Shown one piece after another: positions 20,102-31,454 of a stretch of 64,000 nucleotides of DNA (position 1 is its first letter; each line of letters opens with the position of its first letter). The DNA is from an uncultured delta proteobacterium (GTDB taxonomy: Bacteria; Myxococcota_A; UBA9160; UBA4427). A program made the position numbers and the translations under genes. The notes under the pieces were generated by a model that did no database searches, was not told where the DNA came from, and saw nothing but the letters and a program-made list of their open reading frames with translations. The stretch is taken from the NCBI GenBank assembly GCA_963822965.1, contig CAWGJT010000006.1, forward strand, positions 832,001 to 896,000. The letters are read 5' to 3'.

Positions 20102-21382
20102 TCAGGCCGCGCGCGCCTGTCTCTGAAGCCGCCACGCGAGCAGCCCGCTCAGCGCCAGGATGGCGGCGATGCCGCCGAGGAGGGTCCGTAGGGTCGCCTC
20201 CAGTCCCGTCGCGATCGTCGTCAGGTCGGGCCGCCCCGTCTTCCAGAAGACCCATTCGCCGCCGATCGCTGTCGCGAGCTGTGGGTTGCCGGTCTCCAGC
20301 ACCACGATGCCGTCGCCCGTTGCGGGGTCGAGGCGGGCGGTGGTGTTGATGGCGGGTGCGTTCATTCCGTCGTGGCCGATCACGTAGCCGCCGCTCGCGC
20401 TCTTCGCGTAGAGGATGGTCCCGAGGCCCCAGATCGCGAGGCCCAGCTGGTGGGCTTGCGGCTCTCGCATCTGCTCGAGTGTTTCGGGCGCGAGCACCCC
20501 GCGGCCGGGCGGCTCGCCGTGCGGTCCCGGCCGTTGCGCTTGCAGGAAGCGCGCGAGGTCCTCCGCCGTCGTGTAGAGCGAGGCCGCCCCGAGTGCCGTG
20601 AAGCGGTAGTGGGGGGCGGGCTCCGAGTCGACGTCGTAGAAGGTCGCGAGCACGGCGCCCGATTCCGGGCTCCAGTGGAAGGACGACTGCGTCATCCCGA
20701 GCGGTGCGAGCACCGCGCGCTGCATGTAGGCGTCGAACGACTCGCCGGTGACCTCTTCGATCAAGAGCTGCAGCAGCGTGTAGCTGGCGCCTGAATAGCG
20801 CCACTCGGTCCCGGGCTCAGCACCCACCCGTGCGACGCCACTGGCCCGGGGCATCGCATCGCTGGCGTGGGTGAGCGACTCCTCGAGGGTCTGCGGCGTC
20901 TCTCCCGGCTCGAAGCCCTGGTAGCCGAGCCCGTCCGTCAGGCCTGCCGTATGGCTGAGGAGCCGACGCAGCGTCACGCCCTCGTTGTCGAAACTGCTCG
21001 GCGGCAGGTGCCAGCGGGTGAGGTAGCCATCGACGGGTGCGTCGAGCGCGAGCCGCCCGTCCTCGACGAGCGTCATCACGCCGAAGGCCGTGATCCACTT
21101 GCTGAGCGAAGCCACCTGGAAGACCGTGTCGGGCCCGACGGGCTCGCCGACCGAGACGTCGTGCTCGCCCACCACCTGGCCGCCCTCCAGCAGCAGCAGC
21201 ACCGCGTTGCCGGCGTGCGCGTCGTCCAGCCGATGGGACGCCGCCTCGAGGAAGGCCGCCGCATCCCCCGAAGGCGCGATCGCCTCGCGCCCCCAGCCCC
21301 GGAGCGCCACGCCGAGCACGATGCCGGTCCAGAGGGCGATGGAAACGAGGGCGAGAGCCGCGGCGCGGCCCCAGATGCGCAT
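20102..21382 (-). CDS. Serine hydrolase, beta-lactamase class C-like family, with N- and C-terminal TM segments
   Basis: FQVASLSK (SxxK), LLSHTAG, WRYSG, GHDG. Confidence 0.9.
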   Translation of the reverse strand: MRIWGRAAALALVSIALWTGIVLGVALRGWGREAIAPSGDAAAFLEAASHRLDDAHAGNAVLLLLEGGQVVGEHDVSVGEPVGPDTVFQVASLSKWITAFGVMTLVEDGRLALDAPVDGYLTRWHLPPSSFDNEGVTLRRLLSHTAGLTDGLGYQGFEPGETPQTLEESLTHASDAMPRASGVARVGAEPGTEWRYSGASYTLLQLLIEEVTGESFDAYMQRAVLAPLGMTQSSFHWSPESGAVLATFYDVDSEPAPHYRFTALGAASLYTTAEDLARFLQAQRPGPHGEPPGRGVLAPETLEQMREPQAHQLGLAIWGLGTILYAKSASGGYVIGHDGMNAPAINTTARLDPATGDGIVVLETGNPQLATAIGGEWVFWKTGRPDLTTIATGLEATLRTLLGGIAAILALSGLLAWRLQRQARAA

Positions 21383-21400
21383 GCCGCGCAGTGTAGGGGT

Positions 21401-21946
21401 TCAGGCCGCCGCGAACAGGAGCTGCGCGGTGGGCAGGATGCCCACGAGCAGAACCTTCAGGCGCAGGCGGCGGCTGAGCACCGACTTCTCCACGAAGTAG
21501 ACGAGCACCGCGAGCAACAGCGCCCAGTTGAGAACCGCCTCGAGGATTCGCGCGCCCTCCTCGTCGGGCATGAGCAGCCACGACCCCGCGGAGACGACGG
21601 TGAAGGCCAGGGCGAGCATCGTCTCTGAGACGGGCTCGACGACCTTGGGGTTCGTGGCCGGCAGCGCACCCGCGACGACCAGGCCGAGCAGCAGCAGCTC
21701 GAACACCGCGAAGAGGGTCGCGATGACGACATCCTGCGTGCCGCTCGGAAGCTCGTGGATCGGCGTCAGCAGGGTCAGCCCGAGCACCCCGAGCGTGACG
21801 AGGAGCGAGTACGGGGTCAGCGACATGATCTCCCCCAACCCAGGCGCGTACGCGTCGGGTTGGTCGGCCGATTGGCAGCTCAGCAGGAGACTCGAGAGGA
21901 GGCACAAGGCCACCGCGATCACCGACCGCTGGAGGTGCCTGAACAT
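21401..21946 (-). pseudogene. Probable chimera: lipoprotein N-terminus fused to a membrane-protein fragment
   Basis: Lipobox LLLSC and YAPGLGEIMSLT, then an abrupt switch to a multi-TM segment. Confidence 0.5.
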
Positions 21947-22109
21947 CGCAGCTCATTCCTCCGGAGTGCTTGCTCGGCGGATGCCCCGGAAGATACGACC
22001 TTCTCGCTACGAGACGATGCCCGAGCCCGGCAAGAGTCGTCCGCATGTCGACCCCCTCCTCGCCCCAATGGACACGCGCTGTTCGTGCCTACCGAACCCG
22101 GCAGTGGAG

Positions 22110-23192
22110 CTACCGGGGCGCGGCTTCGAAATCGTAGAGGAAGATGCCCTCTGCGTTGCCGTGCTCGCCCCCCTTGATGCGCAGGCCGAAGGCCATCTTG
22201 CGCCCGTCGGGGCTGATGACCGGGTTGTTGGCCCCATAGCCCGCGTACTCGCTGAAGTGGGTGAGTCGCCGCCAGCTGCCGCTGCCGTCGAGCGCCAGCT
22301 GCCAGATGTCGATGTCGCCCACCGGCACGGCGGTGTACGTGGCCAGCTCGCGCTCGACGGCGATGCTCCGGCCGTCGGGAAAGACGCCCTCGGCCTCGTC
22401 GTACCCCCAGTCGTTCGAGTAGTCGACGAGCGCACCGCTGCCCAGGTCCACGCCCATCACCTCGCCGCCCTTGTACGCATAGGCGGTGAACAGGAGCTCC
22501 CGGTCGTCGGGCGGACGGAAGTCCTGGGTCTCGAGGAAGGCGAGATACCAGAAGTCCCGACGCGACACGCGCAAGCGCTTGTCGACGAGCCGGGGCACCC
22601 CACCGTCGATCTCGATGCGCCCGGTCCAGATCTCCGACCGCCCGAAGACGACCGAATCCGGGTAGTCGGATCGCGTCCAGGCGATCTTCATGTCACGCCG
22701 CGAGACCGCGGGCCCCTCGAAGCAGGGCTCGCCGAGTCGCTGCGCGGGTGTGTTCGCGTCGTGCGCCAGGTACGACAGCTCGGTCTTCCAGCGATCGCCG
22801 GCGTCGCCTTGCGCCGCCGATGCGCCACCCGGCCCGCAGAGGAGCAGGTCGCCGTTGGCGAGGTAGCGGGCCCGGGTGAAGCCGTTGTTCGCGAAATGCG
22901 CGGTGAGGCTCCGGCTCTCGCCGGTCGCCAGGTCCAGCTCGAAGACGTTGCCGACGAGGGCGTCGAGGTAGGCGAGGTGGGTTCCGTCAGGCGACCAGTC
23001 CGGGCGGAGGCCGGAGGCGAGCAAGGGAGTGATCCACGGGGGAAGGTCGTCGGCCGGGGAGCCGGTTCGAGAACCGATCTCCGCGTCACGGGTACAGCCG
23101 GCGAGGCTCGACGCGAGGAGCAGGCAGGCCAGGCCGATGCGAAGGGCCGAACGAGTACGAGAAGTCGAATCAGCCGAGCTGCACACCTTCAT
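22110..23192 (-). CDS. TolB-like / PD40 beta-propeller lipoprotein
   Basis: Lipobox SLAGC; repeats PDWSPDG, FPDG, NPVISPDG. Confidence 0.82.
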   Translation of the reverse strand: MKVCSSADSTSRTRSALRIGLACLLLASSLAGCTRDAEIGSRTGSPADDLPPWITPLLASGLRPDWSPDGTHLAYLDALVGNVFELDLATGESRSLTAHFANNGFTRARYLANGDLLLCGPGGASAAQGDAGDRWKTELSYLAHDANTPAQRLGEPCFEGPAVSRRDMKIAWTRSDYPDSVVFGRSEIWTGRIEIDGGVPRLVDKRLRVSRRDFWYLAFLETQDFRPPDDRELLFTAYAYKGGEVMGVDLGSGALVDYSNDWGYDEAEGVFPDGRSIAVERELATYTAVPVGDIDIWQLALDGSGSWRRLTHFSEYAGYGANNPVISPDGRKMAFGLRIKGGEHGNAEGIFLYDFEAAPR

Positions 23193-23510
23193 CGAGGACG
23201 GCACCAACCGGTTCCGGCAACGTATGCGTACTGCGGCTCGTCGCAGCTCCCAGAGCTTCCGGTCATGCAGGGGGGAACGACATCCGGGGTGACGGCAGTC
23301 GCACGCCTCCAGCCGGGCATTCCGCGCGCGCAACCGAAGTTCTCCGGCAGCACGAATGTCGATGGCTCGCCCACTTTCGAGGTTCCGTTCGCCTGGTCAT
23401 CTACCTCGCATCCAGACAGAGGGGCAATGCAAAGCACAAAGCCCGCGATCGGCAGGCTCCAATACGATGCGCGGTTGGCTGTACGCCGCATCGCCCTGCT
23501 GGGCGGTAGC

Positions 23511-24139
23511 CTACGCGTGCTTCGCATACAGCTCGGGGAGGAACCCGGAGAGGTAGGTCATCTCTTCATGGCAGTGCTTGAGCAGCCCTTCGCCGACGCG
23601 ATCGGGGAAGAGCTGCATGCGGGACTCGACGATCGGGAGCGACTTCCGGAGGATCGAAGTCGCCCAGCCAGAAGCGACTGCGCATCTCGCAGCCGTAGGC
23701 CGTATCGCGGCAGAGGTGGATCAGATGACCAGCCCAGATCGGCGCTTCCAGCTGTCCGACCCGCGCGCAGACGGCCGCCGTGACGCCCGCCTCTGCGAAC
23801 CGAGAGGTATCGAGGTAGTCAGCCGGGTCGCGGAAGTGGATCTTCAGCTTCTGAAGCTCCCCGCCGATGTACTCGTGGACGCGGTGGGTGCCACCGATCG
23901 AAGCGTCCGGTGCCGCGCTCGCCGACCCATTCGCACCAGACGTGGTCCTCGGGGTGCCACCACTTGTACTGCTCGGTCGTCTCGAGGTACCCGAACCACC
24001 ACTCGACCATCGCGCCCTTGCACCGAGGCATGGTCGTCCAGGCGGCCACGTGGAGCTGGCCGTCGGAGAGGCGCGTGTAGCCCGATTCGAGGTCGAGGTA
24101 TCCGGGCTTCAGGAGGTCGTTTGCTTCCCGAATCTCCAT
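23511..24139 (-). pseudogene. PhlG/DAPG hydrolase family protein, frameshifted
   Basis: GYTRLSDG..VA..TTMP..KGAMVEWWF..YKWWHPEDH. Other frames continue GHLIHLCRDT..GCEMRSRFWLG and LLKHCHEEMTYLSGFLPELY up to a TAG at 23511. Confidence 0.8.
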
Positions 24140-24275
24140 CACGTCTCTCCCAGCTCCCAACGAACGGATTGGGCGCTCAGCTGCGTGGACCAGCGCCACC
24201 GAAGACAGATCGAGCACCGAAGGTTGAAGCCGAAGGCTACCAGACGCGAGGAACCACGGTTGCTTGTCGGGCGGC

Positions 24276-24446
24276 AGCTAGGAGCCTGACCCAAGACACC
24301 TCGCGCCGCCCTGACGCCGATGCATCGCCACTGGCTGCGTTGCGCTGCGTCGCCGTAGGCCGCGCTACGGCCTCCTCACGCGCCTTGCCAGTGGCGCGCC
24401 TCGACGCCAGAGCTTTCCACGGGAGTCTTGGGTCAGGCTCCTAGCT
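24276..24446. mobile_element. MITE (IS5-like non-autonomous element)
   Basis: Perfect 22-bp inverted repeats AGCTAGGAGCCTGACCCAAGAC at 24276-24297 and 24425-24446, with CTAG at both ends. Internal palindrome GCCACTGG...CCAGTGGC; no transposase. Confidence 0.85.
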
Positions 24447-24489
24447 CGCGGTGGTGCTCTGCGTGTGCTTCGCCCGATGGGTCGGTGCG

Positions 24490-24882
24490 CACTGCGGTGC
24501 CTCCGCTCGAGGCTCTGGACGCGTTGAACGTCCGTCTCGCCACTGATGGCGAGACGCGCAGTCTCGAGCCGCCCCACGCAGAACTGCATGCGGTTGAGGG
24601 ACATGACTTCGACCGTCTGTCCGTGCAGGTATTCAATCAACCCCGAGAGGTTGAACACCCCCTGAGGAACCGCAGTCTTGAACTCCGCTTCACCGGTGAA
24701 GACGACAAGCGACCGGATGGCGCCGGGCTGCAAGAAGTCGAGGAGGCGTTGCACCGCCCGCACGTGCCGGGAGTTCTGGAATATCGGGTTCTGGAACCTG
24801 AACTTGCGCTTGAACAGGACTTGCGTCCAGTTCGCCTGCTTCGCGTTCGCGAAGATCCAACCCCTGTAGTCCTTGGTCTCAA
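24490..24882 (-). pseudogene. NERD nuclease-domain protein, 5'-truncated fragment
   Basis: VETKDYRGWIF...WTQ...FQNPIFQN..HV...SLVVF; the N-terminal half is missing. Confidence 0.78.
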
Positions 24883-24889
24883 CACGTGC

Positions 24890-25606
24890 TTCTTCAGGTC
24901 GCTCAGCGTCCCACGGTCGTGCCCCGGCTGCGGCGCGCCGACGGCGCTTCCGTCCTTGGGGATCTCCTGCGACCACCGGGTCGTCGGAAGGAACTCCAGG
25001 TCGCCGGGGGAGAGCAGCAGTGCGGCATCCACGCCCAGAATCTCGCCGTCCCTTCGCAGGTGCGCGACCTTGCCAGCCGAGATTGCCTCCCGCATCCAGG
25101 CCGCCCGGCAGCTCGTAGCCAACCGCAGGAAGTCGGGACGGTACGCGGGATCGCCGTAGTCGCTCTCCCGGTTGAACAGGATCGTGCCGCCGAAACAGGA
25201 TGGTCTTCCGCAGGACTTCGTCCGGGGCTCCGCGCATCAGCAGTCAGCGGTGCAGGACGTCCTGCAATCCGTGATCGTCCAGGTCGCGCCGCCGGCGCCG
25301 CAGCCGGTGGTACGTGTCTCCGGTGAGGTAGTGCCGCGCTTGCAGGAAGTCGCCCCAGTACAGGACGGCGTCGTGGTCGAAGACCTCGTCCAGCACGTCC
25401 GGGATCTCCCGGTAGGAGAACGGCAGCGTCGTGCCACGGAGCTGCCGGCGGCGCCGTTTCTCGTCCGTCCGGTGGAGCGTGTACCAGCTCGCTTCGACAG
25501 CGTCTCCGAGCCGCCGGCAGAACGCGTCGGCCGCCAGGTCGACGGTCACCATGCCCGGGTTCGCGTAGCGCGGGTCTGGCCCCGTGACGAATGCGAGTCG
25601 CTTCAC
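24890..25606 (-). pseudogene. Disrupted, 3'-truncated gene, possibly polysaccharide pyruvyl-transferase-like
   Basis: Continuous protein-like reading (NPGMVTVD, VLYWGDFL, GGTILF, WMREAISA, GVDAALLL) broken by a stop at 25244 and a frameshift. Family assignment is weak. Confidence 0.5.
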
Positions 25607-25726
25607 GCCCAGAGCCTACCGGCCCGCGCGGCCGGGCACAGCGCGAGCAAGACCGCCAAGGATCCGGTGTGAACGCAGGAGCTGGCCGCGGGCCTCGGAG
25701 GCGCCCCGTGCCCTGGCTCCGCGCAC

Positions 25727-26485
25727 TCAGCCGAAAGGCATGCCCGCGAGCTGGCCGCCATCGACGACGAACTCGGCGCCCGTGCAGTAGGAAGCCTCGT
25801 CGGAGGCCAGGAAGAGCGCGACCCGAACGGCTTCGATGGGCTGGCCGATCCGCGGAATCGGCAGGCGGGCGTAGTACGAGTCGCCAGCCCCTTCCAGATT
25901 CTCTTCGCCATAGTGCGCCATCGGGGTGTCGATCCCGCCCGGATGGATCGAGTTGACACGGATGCCCAGCCGACCCAGCTCGAGCGCGGCCGTCTTCGTC
26001 ATGCCGCGCACGGCGAACTTGCTCGCCACGTAGGCCGCCATGCCGGCGACCCCGTCGATGCCGGCGACCGAGGACATGTTGACGATGGAGCCGCCACCGG
26101 CCTGCGTCATCGCCGGCACGACCGCCTTCATTCCGAGCAGGCAGCCCACCTGGTTGACCTCGATCACCCGCATGTAGTCCTCGAGCCGAATTTCGGCGAT
26201 CGGCGCGGCGTGGATGATGCCGGCGTTGTTGAAGAGCACGTCGACTCGGCCGAAGGCGTCGACGGCCTGGGCCACGAAGCGTTTCCAGCTCTCCTCGCGC
26301 CGAACGTCGTGGTCGACGTAGATCGCGCGCTCACCCAGAGACTCGGCAACGGCCCTGCCCTCTTCGTGCAGCACGTCGCCGAGAGCCAGCTTCGCCCCCT
26401 CCGCCGCGAAGAGCCGGGCCGCCGCCTCGCCCTGGCCGCGGGCGCTCCCAGTGATCAGAGCCACCTTGCCGTCGAGTCGCCCCAT
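25727..26485 (-). CDS. SDR oxidoreductase (3-alpha,20-beta-hydroxysteroid dehydrogenase-like)
   Basis: TGSARGQG, NNAG, YVASK, VNSIHPG. Confidence 0.93.
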   Translation of the reverse strand: MGRLDGKVALITGSARGQGEAAARLFAAEGAKLALGDVLHEEGRAVAESLGERAIYVDHDVRREESWKRFVAQAVDAFGRVDVLFNNAGIIHAAPIAEIRLEDYMRVIEVNQVGCLLGMKAVVPAMTQAGGGSIVNMSSVAGIDGVAGMAAYVASKFAVRGMTKTAALELGRLGIRVNSIHPGGIDTPMAHYGEENLEGAGDSYYARLPIPRIGQPIEAVRVALFLASDEASYCTGAEFVVDGGQLAGMPFG

Positions 26486-26594
26486 GATCGCCTCCTCCCT
26501 CCGGGTGGGCAGCCGGGCCGGCGCGGCCCCGGCTGCGACGAGCAGCCGCTTACGATGTACTCTCTTTGGGCGCAATCCGACAGGGGGGAGCGCC

Positions 26595-27992
26595 ATGGTC
26601 GGCCCGGTGATGGAGTTTCCGCGGGCGCTGGGCGAGCAGGACACGCTGCTCTGGCGCATGGAGCGGGATCCGATCTTCCGATCGACACTGCTGGCGATCG
26701 TCGTGCTCGACCGCCCACCGAGCCGCGACGCCCTGGTCGCCAAGCTCGAGCGAGCCGGACACGACCTGCCGCGCATGCGCCAGCGGATCGTTGCGCTGCC
26801 GGAGCTGATCTCGACTCCGGTGTGGGTCCGCGCCGACCACTTCGACATGGACTACCACCTGCGCTGGATCAAAGCTCCTGACGATGGCTCACTCCGGGCG
26901 CTCGTCGACTTCGCGGGCACGGTCTCGATGGCGGCGCTCGACCCCTACCGACCACCCTGGGAGTTCTACGTCGTCGAGGGGATGGCCGGCGGCCAAGCAG
27001 CCGTCGTGCTGAAGCTCCACCACGCCGTGACGGACGGAGTCGGTGGCGTGGTCCTGATGAGCAACTTCTTCGATCACGAGCGCGACGCGCCGCCGCCGGA
27101 GCCGGTGCCCGAGGAGGCGGCCGAAGAGCCGGAGCCGTCCGACCTGCTGAGCCTCTCCAGCGAGGCACTGCAGCGGCGTCTCGCGGCGGGCCCCGGGCAG
27201 CTCTGGCGCGGCGCCGGACGCCTGCTCGCCGCCGCCCGCCAACCCCTGCGGTCGATGCAGCAGGCCCGTGAGGACGCGGCTTCGCTCGGCCGCATGATGT
27301 CGACCCCGCCCGGTCCGCTGAGCCCGATCATGCAGGGCCGCTCCACGAACATGCGCTTCCGCTGCTTCGACGTCCCGCTCTACGGTCTGAAGGACGCGGC
27401 CCACGCCGTCGACTGCAAGCTGGGCGATGCCTTCCTCGCCGGCGTCACCGGGGCGCTGCGCATCTACCACGAGCGGGCGAACGCCCCGGTGGAGGCCCTG
27501 AGCGCGGCGGTCCCCGTCAACCGCCGGTCGGCGAGCGGAGGGCGCGAGGTCGCGGGCGTCGAGATGGCGGTGGCACGGCTCCCGCTGCCGATCGCCGAGC
27601 CCGATCCCGCGCGCCGCATGCCGCTCTACCACCGGCTGATCGCCGAGCAACGCGACGAGCCCTCCCAGGGCTACAGCGAGGCATTCGCCGCAGTGCTGAA
27701 CCGCGTGCCGATCGGGCTCGCGCTGCGGCTCTACGGCGCGAGCGCGCTGAGCAACGACTTCGTCGCGAGCTCGGTGCCGGGGCTGCCGACGCAGCTCTAT
27801 ACCGCCGGCGCACGGGTCGAGTCGTTCCGTGCCTTCGGTCCCTGCTCGGGCTCGGCGGTGAACTTCACGCTCTTCAGCTATCGTGACACCGCCAGCATCT
27901 GCATCACCAGCGATGCGGCCGCGGTGCCCGATCCCGACCTACTGCTCGAGTGCGCGAAGCAGGGCTTCGAAGAGGTGTTCAAGCTGCGCTGA
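26595..27992 (+). CDS. Wax ester synthase / diacylglycerol acyltransferase (WS/DGAT)
   Basis: Catalytic HHAVTDG (HHxxxDG), RPPWEFYVVEG, SSVPG. Confidence 0.92.
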   Translation: MVGPVMEFPRALGEQDTLLWRMERDPIFRSTLLAIVVLDRPPSRDALVAKLERAGHDLPRMRQRIVALPELISTPVWVRADHFDMDYHLRWIKAPDDGSLRALVDFAGTVSMAALDPYRPPWEFYVVEGMAGGQAAVVLKLHHAVTDGVGGVVLMSNFFDHERDAPPPEPVPEEAAEEPEPSDLLSLSSEALQRRLAAGPGQLWRGAGRLLAAARQPLRSMQQAREDAASLGRMMSTPPGPLSPIMQGRSTNMRFRCFDVPLYGLKDAAHAVDCKLGDAFLAGVTGALRIYHERANAPVEALSAAVPVNRRSASGGREVAGVEMAVARLPLPIAEPDPARRMPLYHRLIAEQRDEPSQGYSEAFAAVLNRVPIGLALRLYGASALSNDFVASSVPGLPTQLYTAGARVESFRAFGPCSGSAVNFTLFSYRDTASICITSDAAAVPDPDLLLECAKQGFEEVFKLR

Positions 27993-28323
27993 TTCGGCAC
28001 AGAGCCACCAGCGGTGCTGCCGAGGAGCGATCGAATCGACGCTCACAGAAGGTCCATCCAGCCGCCGGCGTGATCACCTACGGCTGGTCAATCCGCAAGA
28101 TCGGCGCCTGCGAACCCGCCGCCCGCCCGGCGCGGCCACTCTCACCCGCTCGTCAAAGACGACACGACGAGTGCGGTCGTGTCCACGACACGTCGAGGCG
28201 TCTACTGTCTACCGATGGAATTCGGGGGAGGATTGGGTGAAGCAACGGGACATGTCCACCATGCCCCTGCCGCTCTGATGGAGACGCCGATCTGATGTGC
28301 GTCCTGGCTCCTCACTACGCCCG

Positions 28324-28494
28324 GCCGACGCGCTGGGCGTGACGATCGGGACGGCGCGCAACCAGCGCAAGCAGATCTTCGCCAAGACGGACAGCCACCG
28401 GCAGGCGGAGCTCGTACGGCGAATCCTCTCCGGGCCGGCGCAGCTCGAGCTGGAGCTCGCCTCGTCCATGCAGACCACGCCAAGCGAGCGGTAG
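28324..28494 (+). pseudogene. LuxR-type HTH C-terminal fragment
   Basis: ADALGVTIGTARNQRKQIFAKTDSHRQAELVR with no upstream domain. Confidence 0.7.
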
Positions 28495-28720
28495 AGCTCG
28501 CCACGTTTCGGGCTCGCCCGGCTCCTCGAAGCCGGCTTCCACGCGGATCTGGGCAGTCCGTACCGCGAGGAGGCCGGCGTCGAGCGGCTCCCAGTCGTCG
28601 GGCGAGAGCTGAGACGGGTCGGCTGGCGGACATGCGTGCCGGCCGGCCTCTTTCGGTTCAACCCCTGAAGGGATTCGGTCGATCAGTACCCGGAACACAG
28701 GCCGACGCCATGGAGGAAAC

Positions 28721-30187
28721 GTGATCGAAACTGTCGAGATCCGGGAGCCGGCTGGACTGGACGCCTATGCGGATGTGATTCACCTGACCGAGGCCGTCCG
28801 CGCGCTGCGCACCGAGGCCGCCTCGCTCGTCGAGCAGCTGCGCGATCGCAAGGTCTGGATGGTGAACTCGACGGCCCAGGGCGGTGGTGTGGCGGAGATG
28901 ATGCCGAAGCTCGTCGCCCTGCTGAACGAGCTGGGGCTCGAGACGGAATGGGTCGTGATGGCCACCGAACAGTCGGAGTTCTTCGATCTCACCAAGCGGC
29001 TCCACAACCTGATCCACGGTGCGGGCGACCCGGGTCTGCGGGACGAGGACCGGCAGCTCTACGCGGCCGTGAGCTCCGAGAACGCGGCCGACATGAAGCA
29101 GCGGATCGGACCCGACGACATCCTGGTCATCCACGACCCACAGCCGCTGGGCATGGGCGCCCTGCTCAAGCAGGAACTCGGCGTGCCGTTCTTCTTTCGC
29201 TGTCACATCGGGCTGGACGAGGATCGACCCGAGACCCGCGCCGCCTGGAGCTTCCTGCGGCCCTACGCGGAGGTCTGCGACTGGGCCATCTTCTCGTGCC
29301 CCGAGTACATCCCATCCTTCCTGGCCAACAAGGCGGGCATCATCACGCCCGCCATCGACCCACTCAGCTACAAGAACCGGGAGCTCTCTCCGCACAAGCT
29401 GGCGGGCATCTTGAAGAACTCGGGACTGGTCCGTTCGCGACATCCGGTCGTCCCGGAGGCGTTCGCGGAGCAGGCAACGCGCCTCCGTGCCGACGGCAGC
29501 TTCGCAGCATTGGACGAGGAGACCGACATCGGCATCCCGTTTCGCCCGCTGGTCACGCAGATCTCACGCTGGGATCGCCTCAAGGGCTTCGAACCACTCC
29601 TGGAGGCCTTCGCGTCCCTGAAGCAGAGCATTTCCGATCGCGCGGTCAGTGAGCGGCACCGGCGCCGATTGGGCCTCGCACGTCTGGTCCTGGCGGGGCC
29701 CGAGCCGGCGGCCGTGGCCGACGATCCCGAGGCGCAGGACGTGCTGCGCGACCTCATCGAGACCTACCGGCGCTTGCCGCACTGGATTCAGGAGGACGTC
29801 GCGGTCGTGTCGCTGCCGATGGGGTCGAGGGAGCAGAACGCCCTGATGGTGAACGCATTGCAGCGTTCCTCGAGCATCGTGGTGCAGAACTCGTTGCGCG
29901 AGGGCTTCGGCCTCACCGTGACCGAGGCGATGTGGAAGCAGTGCGCCGTACTGGGGAGTCGCGCCTGCGGCATCCGCCAGCAGATCCGCGACAGCGTAGA
30001 CGGCCGCCTCATCCCGGACGCCGAGGACCCGACGGAGATCGCGGATTTGCTCGACGTAGTACTCGACGATCTCTCCGAGCGCGTGCGCTACGGCCGTAGC
30101 GCCCAGCGCCGCGCCCACACCGAGTTCCTGGTCTTCACCCATGTGCGGCGCTGGCTCGAGACACTGGTGAACCAGCTGCGACGCTGA
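28721..30187 (+). CDS. treT: Trehalose synthase TreT-type glycosyltransferase (GT4)
   Basis: VNSTAQGGGVAEM, TKRLHNLIHG, IHDPQP, RCHI, PAIDPLS.KN, QISRWDRLKG, VNALQR..Q.S.REGFGLTVTEAMWK. Confidence 0.88.
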   Translation: MIETVEIREPAGLDAYADVIHLTEAVRALRTEAASLVEQLRDRKVWMVNSTAQGGGVAEMMPKLVALLNELGLETEWVVMATEQSEFFDLTKRLHNLIHGAGDPGLRDEDRQLYAAVSSENAADMKQRIGPDDILVIHDPQPLGMGALLKQELGVPFFFRCHIGLDEDRPETRAAWSFLRPYAEVCDWAIFSCPEYIPSFLANKAGIITPAIDPLSYKNRELSPHKLAGILKNSGLVRSRHPVVPEAFAEQATRLRADGSFAALDEETDIGIPFRPLVTQISRWDRLKGFEPLLEAFASLKQSISDRAVSERHRRRLGLARLVLAGPEPAAVADDPEAQDVLRDLIETYRRLPHWIQEDVAVVSLPMGSREQNALMVNALQRSSSIVVQNSLREGFGLTVTEAMWKQCAVLGSRACGIRQQIRDSVDGRLIPDAEDPTEIADLLDVVLDDLSERVRYGRSAQRRAHTEFLVFTHVRRWLETLVNQLRR

Positions 30188-30479
30188 TCGCTGCCCGACC
30201 CCGAGTGCTCGCAACCCTCGTGGGCGTCTTGCCGCTCATTCTTCCCGAGCTCGAACGCGACTTCGGGCCGGCCCAGGACGCTGTCCAAGCTCCCCATCAA
30301 TCGCCGCCCAAGACCTTCCGGCTCATGCGCGCAACCGATCGAACCCGCGTGCGGCGCCAGCCCGCGCGAAACCTGCGGAGCGGCCCGAAGCAGTCGTAGA
30401 CCGGGCCGAACGGCAGCCGCGCCAGACCGACCTCCGCTACGTGTGCGGCGGAAGCCATCCGGGACGGCACGGGAACGGC

Positions 30480-30700
30480 CCGTATCGGCCAGGACCCGGC
30501 GCAATGCCGGTGTGTCCGTGATCGAGAGGGCGAGCGTCAACACATCGACGCCGAGCGAATGCAGCTCGGCCCAGAGCGACTCGCCGAAGAGCAGGTGGAG
30601 GCCTTCGAGCCAGAGTAGACGGCCATGGACGGCGCTCCGCTGTAGGCAGCGCCCGAACCGACGAGAAGCAGCCCACCCCGACGTCGTTCGCGGCAGGTTG
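30480..30700 (-). pseudogene. SDR oxidoreductase fragment
   Basis: RRRGGLLLVGSGAAYSG..MAVYSGSKA, frameshifting to FGESLWAEL..GVDVL...TDTPAL. Confidence 0.7.
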
Positions 30701-30728
30701 CACCATGAGATCCGCAGCGAGGGCCATC

Positions 30729-31445
<717 letters not shown>

Positions 31446-31454
31446 GTCGCGGCC

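Noticed and set aside
20102..21382. Antibiotic-resistance beta-lactamase
   Set aside because: Motifs fit the broad serine hydrolase/esterase family (YSG, HDG); nothing specifically indicates beta-lactam hydrolysis.
23189..23527. Possible small lipoprotein (LSGC) ORF
   Set aside because: No clear start or recognisable domain; may be a remnant but cannot be supported.
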